The notes under the pieces are model-generated. The model ran no database searches. It saw nothing but the letters and a program-made list of their open reading frames with translations, and was not told where the DNA came from. From Opitutia bacterium (GTDB lineage: Bacteria > Verrucomicrobiota > Verrucomicrobiia > Opitutales > JABJCN01), in the NCBI GenBank assembly GCA_018668635.1, contig JABJCN010000092.1, forward strand, positions 9,032-73,031: a stretch of DNA of 64,000 nucleotides, given 5' to 3'. The position numbers and the translations under genes are program-made. Every line of letters starts with the position of its first letter. The first letter of the stretch is position 1. Of the stretch, positions 57,376 to 64,000 are shown in pieces.

Positions 57376-58353
57376 ATGCCATACAAGTCAAAAGTTAAAC
57401 GAAGGGATAGCCTTCCCGTACGGGAATTCTATGAGGCTTTTAAGGAAGAGTTGAAGCTTGATATTGTTGCCGGCGAAACAGGTTTGGACAAAATCATAGG
57501 GGAACGGAGTGTAAATCGACCTGCATTAGCCTTGGTCGGCCATTTCAAGTTTTTTGCAAACAAGCGCCTACAGCTTTTCGGTGCAGGGGAAATGGCTTAT
57601 TTTAAAGACCTTACTTCCGGGGAGCAGAAGTCGGTCTTTCGTAAAATGGCGGAGCATGATATTCCATGCCTGATCATCTCCCGTAAGACTGCACCTCCCC
57701 CGGTGATGGTAAAAATAGCTAATGAGTTTCAGATTCCGCTGATTAGGACTCCGTTACGGTCCAAAAACTTTGTTACGCAAGCTACGGTTCTTTTAGAGGA
57801 GATGCTCGCACCCCGTCTCAGTTTACATGGTACTTTGCTAGATATTCGTGGGATCGGGACTCTTCTTCGTGGTAAGAGTGGTGTTGGAAAGAGCGAGTGT
57901 GCGCTTGCTTTGATCGAACGGAATCATAGTCTCGTTGCCGATGACATGGTGGACATCCGTCTCGTCAGTGAACACGATTTGATTGGCCGTATTCCAGATA
58001 TGCGCTGGTGGGGATTTATGGAATGTCGCGGCATTGGCATTATTAACATTCGAGACCTTTTTGGTATCCGTGCCGTGCGGCAGGAAAAGCGCATCGACTT
58101 TATCATTACCTTTACTTACTGGAAACAAGGAATGGAAGAGGAGCGCACTGGCCTGACCCAGCACTATGAGGAGATTCTTGGCGTTCGGGTTCCTCACATG
58201 GAAATTCCCGTTCGTCCGGGTCGCGATATGGCTCGGTTGGTTGAGGTCGCGGCAATGGTTCAAGCCCAAAAACTCTCAGGCCATGATTCCGCGAAGGATT
58301 TCAACGATCTATTGTTGCAAAAAATAGACAGTAAATCTCTATCGCAAACCTGA
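57376..58353 (+). CDS. hprK: HPr kinase/phosphorylase
   Basis: The P-loop is [18 protein letters not shown], followed by ADD and the signature [15 protein letters not shown]. Confidence 0.92.
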   Translation: MPYKSKVKRRDSLPVREFYEAFKEELKLDIVAGETGLDKIIGERSVNRPALALVGHFKFFANKRLQLFGAGEMAYFKDLTSGEQKSVFRKMAEHDIPCLIISRKTAPPPVMVKIANEFQIPLIRTPLRSKNFVTQATVLLEEMLAPRLSLHGTLLDIRGIGTLLRGKSGVGKSECALALIERNHSLVADDMVDIRLVSEHDLIGRIPDMRWWGFMECRGIGIINIRDLFGIRAVRQEKRIDFIITFTYWKQGMEEERTGLTQHYEEILGVRVPHMEIPVRPGRDMARLVEVAAMVQAQKLSGHDSAKDFNDLLLQKIDSKSLSQT

Positions 58354-58557
58354 TGTTAGTCCTTAAATTCCCTCTGGATTATTTTCCACTCCCTCATTTT
58401 TTTTCAAGGAGCAGAAATCTAGATTCGGAAGGATACTTTTTCTACAAAAGCAGGTATTGGGATTTGAAAAAAGTGTTTGCTGATGCGTTTTTAAGCGCGT
58501 GGTCAACACAGCGGAATTTGGCAAGTAATTTCTTTCAAAAAGTTATCTTCATCACGA

Positions 58558-58566
58558 TGTGGACAA
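58558..58566 (-). promoter_or_regulatory. DnaA-box-like 9-mer (TTGTCCACA on the minus strand)
   Basis: The plus strand reads TGTGGACAA. Its reverse complement matches TTATCCACA at 8 of 9 positions. The site lies in the 0.55-kb non-coding gap upstream of dnaA. Confidence 0.4.
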
Positions 58567-58879
58567 GTTGTGAGCAACTTCATCTTGCAAGGTCAAAGGA
58601 AAAGCCAGATTGCTAGTGGGCAACAATTTAATCCAAGGGCAAAATATATTGACCCCCACCTCATACTTTAACCCTCTTCTCTCTCATTCATCTAATAATT
58701 TTCAAGTAACATCAAGCGTCTCTAAAGACAGTAATCAAGCCATCTGAGAGCCAGCTTTTCAATAATTATGCCATTCACTTTCCCTCCACCTTTTAGCCTT
58801 TCTTTTTTTCGCCTGTTTAATGCGGGAAACTTGGCTTCAAGCCATTTTGTTTCATTTTCACTTAAGGACTTGTATTGCC

Positions 58880-58888
58880 TGTGAATAA
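58880..58888 (-). promoter_or_regulatory. DnaA-box-like 9-mer (TTATTCACA on the minus strand)
   Basis: The plus strand reads TGTGAATAA. Its reverse complement fits TTATNCACA exactly. The site is 23 nt upstream of the preferred dnaA ATG. Confidence 0.45.
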
Positions 58889-58910
58889 AAGTAGCAATTC
58901 CCCTGATTTA

Positions 58911-60335
58911 ATGAGTTCCGAGATTCTAGAGGAAGCCACATGGAGCCAAGTAGTTTCCGAGCTAAAAAACCTTTTGTCCAAAGATGTTTTCGACACTTGG
59001 TTCAAGGAATTAATTCCTTTGGCTGAAACCAATGATAAACTGATCCTTGAAGCTGCCAATGAATTTGCTGCCTACTGGATTCAGGACAACTATCTTGGAT
59101 TAATTCGACAGGTGATAGAGAAGATCACTGGTCGAAGTATTCTTGTAAGTGTCAAAGTAGCTGCAGAGGAAAAATCTACTGTTTCCCGGAATCGATTGAG
59201 TGCAGACGGACTGTCCCGGGTCGATTCAATGCATACGCGTTCTTCGCAATTGGAGACCCCGCATGCCATTCAAGTGACCCAGCCAATTAAGCGTCAGGCA
59301 CCTGTAAATAATGTAAATCCTAAAAACACATTTTCAACATTTGTGGTAGGACCGGGCAACCAGTTTGCTCATGCTGCTTGTTTGGCTGTAGCAAATGCAC
59401 CGGCCACATCCTACAATCCCCTTTTTCTCTATGGTGAAACAGGACTTGGGAAGACGCACCTCATGCATGCCATCGCACATCAAGTTCACGCTGCGAATCC
59501 CCATCTCCGTGTTGCTTATATATCATCCGAAAAGTTCACTAATGAGTTTATTCACGCCATTCAGGAACGTACATTTACACGTTTCCGAAATCGGTACCGC
59601 AAGGTGGACGTATTGTTGATTGATGATATACACTTTCTCGCTGAGAAGGAGCGAATTCAGGAAGAGTTTTTTCACACTTTTAACGATCTTTTTGAGTCCC
59701 AGAAACAGATTGTGCTTTCCAGTGACCGGCCGGCCAATGAGATCGCCAAATTAGAGAATCGTCTGGTCTCTCGTTTTCAATGGGGTTTGGTTGTTGATAT
59801 TCAACCTCCTGATCTTGAAACACGCATAGCGATACTTTCCAAAAAGGCAGAGGCTATGAAGGTTCAGTTACAACCTGACGTTCTGGAATTTCTTGCAAAG
59901 CGTGTTACTCGTAACATAAGGCGTATGGAAGGCGCACTGACCCGTGTGGCAAGTCATGCTGATCTTTGCCAGAAGCCCTTGGATATACCAATGGCTGCGG
60001 AGTTACTGCACGATATTATCCAAGATGAGAACCGACTTACCATCACTGTTGAAAAAATCCAGAAGAAGGTTTCAGACTATCACCATTTACACCTTGCTGA
60101 CATGGTGAGTCGTCGCCGTCCCAACAATATTGCATTTCCCAGACAGATAGCCATGTACCTAAGCCGCCTTTTGACCAACCTTTCTCTCAAGGAGATAGGT
60201 GCGGCATTTGGAGGCCGAGACCACGGGACAGTCATTTACGCGTGTACTACGGTTGAAAATCGCATGGAGGTGGAGGAGTCTGTAAAGCGAACAGTGGACT
60301 ATCTGGAGTCGCAACTCACCCAGTCTGCAGACTGA
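58911..60335 (+). CDS. dnaA: Chromosomal replication initiator protein DnaA
   Basis: Motifs are NPKNTFSTFVVGPGNQFAHAA, Walker A LFLYGETGLGKTHL, LLIDDIHFL and the C-terminal DNA-binding region RQIAMYLSRLLT..SLKEIGAAFGGRDHGTVIYA. I prefer the ATG at 58911 over the TTG at 58875. Confidence 0.95.
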   Translation: MSSEILEEATWSQVVSELKNLLSKDVFDTWFKELIPLAETNDKLILEAANEFAAYWIQDNYLGLIRQVIEKITGRSILVSVKVAAEEKSTVSRNRLSADGLSRVDSMHTRSSQLETPHAIQVTQPIKRQAPVNNVNPKNTFSTFVVGPGNQFAHAACLAVANAPATSYNPLFLYGETGLGKTHLMHAIAHQVHAANPHLRVAYISSEKFTNEFIHAIQERTFTRFRNRYRKVDVLLIDDIHFLAEKERIQEEFFHTFNDLFESQKQIVLSSDRPANEIAKLENRLVSRFQWGLVVDIQPPDLETRIAILSKKAEAMKVQLQPDVLEFLAKRVTRNIRRMEGALTRVASHADLCQKPLDIPMAAELLHDIIQDENRLTITVEKIQKKVSDYHHLHLADMVSRRRPNNIAFPRQIAMYLSRLLTNLSLKEIGAAFGGRDHGTVIYACTTVENRMEVEESVKRTVDYLESQLTQSAD

Positions 60336-60352
60336 ATACCCTCAGTAATCCA

Positions 60353-63308
<2,956 letters not shown>

Positions 63309-63616
63309 GAGAGGAATGGGATGATAATCGAAAATTTCATGACATCCAAAATCGTTGCTGGATTCCAGATTTTTCAATTTTTGACTCCTCATCAAAAAAA
63401 AATTCGTAGTTTAAATTCAACGATGGAGCGGACTTAGGGTTTTGATTGTGAACAAGTTTGAAAAAGTCCAACAACTTTCAGTTGCTCGAATTGGAATTCC
63501 AAGCCCTACTTCACTAAATTATTTTAAAAACCACACACATGAAAAATTCGTTTGAGAAAAATAGACTATTTGGCTCTGACAAAGGCATTGATCTTGTGAA
63601 ATATATTTTTGAACAG

Positions 63617-63632
63617 CCCCAACATATTGGGG
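63617..63632. promoter_or_regulatory. NrdR-box-like palindrome 1 (CCCCAACATATTGGGG)
   Basis: The core CAACATATTG matches 9 of 10 positions of the CwAtATaTwG core of the 16-bp NrdR-box consensus as I recall it. Its centre is 31 bp from the centre of box 2. Confidence 0.4.
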
Positions 63633-63647
63633 TCTAAAAAAAAAATG

Positions 63648-63663
63648 ACACAATATCTTGTGC
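63648..63663. promoter_or_regulatory. NrdR-box-like palindrome 2 (ACACAATATCTTGTGC)
   Basis: It matches 14 of 16 positions of acaCwAtATaTwGtgt. It lies about 190 bp upstream of the nrdB-like ATG and is followed by a TTGACA hexamer at 63670. Confidence 0.45.
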
Positions 63664-63855
63664 CAGGGGTTGACAAGGCAAAGTTAGATGGATCACATGG
63701 AACAACTTTCCGATAAAACTGCCTTTGCGGTCACAAGGTGCAATGTCGGTCAAGGCAAGTATGGCTTGCGCCAAAAAAGATGATACAAAAAGAAGTTAGA
63801 ATGATCCCCTCCCCAAAGAATCCCAAAGCCACAAGTAGCAATAACTAGAATTCAT

Positions 63856-64000
63856 ATGTCCATCGTCACTCACTCCATAGGAAATAAAGAATTTATCCTC
63901 GATCAGGAAAAGGCGGAAGCCGCATTTTCCGCCAAAAAAATTATCAATGGTCGTGATACTATGACATTTAATTTACTCCCCCTAAAATATAAGTGGGCGT
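63856..64000 (+). CDS. Ribonucleotide reductase small (beta/R2) subunit, N-terminal fragment running off the right edge
   Basis: The ATG at 63856 opens a frame that runs to the window end: MSIVTHSIGNKEFILDQEKAEAAFSAKKIINGRDTMTFNLLPLKYKWA. The LPLKYKWA segment matches the conserved N-terminal (V/L)P(I/L)KYKWAW motif of class I R2 proteins as I recall it. The ORF is too short to appear in the ORF track. Confidence 0.55.
   Translation, partial: MSIVTHSIGNKEFILDQEKAEAAFSAKKIINGRDTMTFNLLPLKYKWA

Noticed and set aside
58353-58616. An 87-aa ORF immediately after hprK.
   Set aside because: It lies in the AT-rich gap upstream of dnaA. It has an odd composition rich in F, Y, W, S and R and no recognisable motif. 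It also overlaps a DnaA-box-like site. I treat it as non-coding.
63617-63646. The CCCCAA-cata-TTGGGG hairpin next to an A10 run as a rho-independent terminator.
   Set aside because: On the plus strand the stem is followed by A residues rather than T. On the minus strand the T-run comes before the stem. The palindrome fits an NrdR-box interpretation better.

Overview
The window is a 64-kb bacterial chromosomal segment. The gene content suggests the PVC superphylum or Verrucomicrobiota: archaeal-type ProRS, HPr and HprK without other PTS genes, giant Ca-binding repeat proteins, and mostly weak or absent Shine-Dalgarno sequences. This taxonomic placement is inference only. The first 24 kb (38% of the window) holds two same-strand giant genes separated by 41 nt. 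Gene 1 spans nt 1-16968. Its reading frame is open at the left edge, so it has at least 5655 codons and no start in view. It is built from repeats nested at three scales: about 19 aa, about 60-75 aa, and about 1100-1650 aa. It also contains many thrombospondin-type-3-like Ca-binding motifs. Gene 2 (17010-24230, 2406 aa) has a signal peptide, a CARDB-like region, a predicted 7-blade PD40/TolB-like propeller and Ig-like domains. These are followed by a GxG[YF] repeat block, a DUF4214-like segment, a poly-Asn linker and a Trp-rich C-terminal repeat. This pair is the best candidate for an uncharacterised cell-surface system. The remaining 40 kb is mostly housekeeping. It includes proS, an ECF sigma/anti-sigma/HtrA-like trio whose protease has an apparently degenerate catalytic triad, fumC, yjbQ, and an FKBP isomerase. 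Next come a Fur-family regulator with a TonB-dependent receptor behind a perfect palindrome, an orphan short flagellin-like gene, a tRNA(CAU), and an LRR lipoprotein. Further on are a rbsK/NDT-like/upp salvage trio, pilT, manC-like, ruvX, truA, comF, and an accD that lacks its Zn-ribbon cysteines. The segment ends with an ABC exporter, ptsH, an RND efflux operon, a DsbD-like gene, hprK, dnaA with a 0.55-kb AT-rich upstream gap, ligA, a VanZ-like gene, and a partial nrdB-like gene preceded by two NrdR-box-like palindromes. I found no transposase, integrase, CRISPR array, rRNA or recognisable defence genes. All domain calls come from reading motifs by eye; no searches were run.
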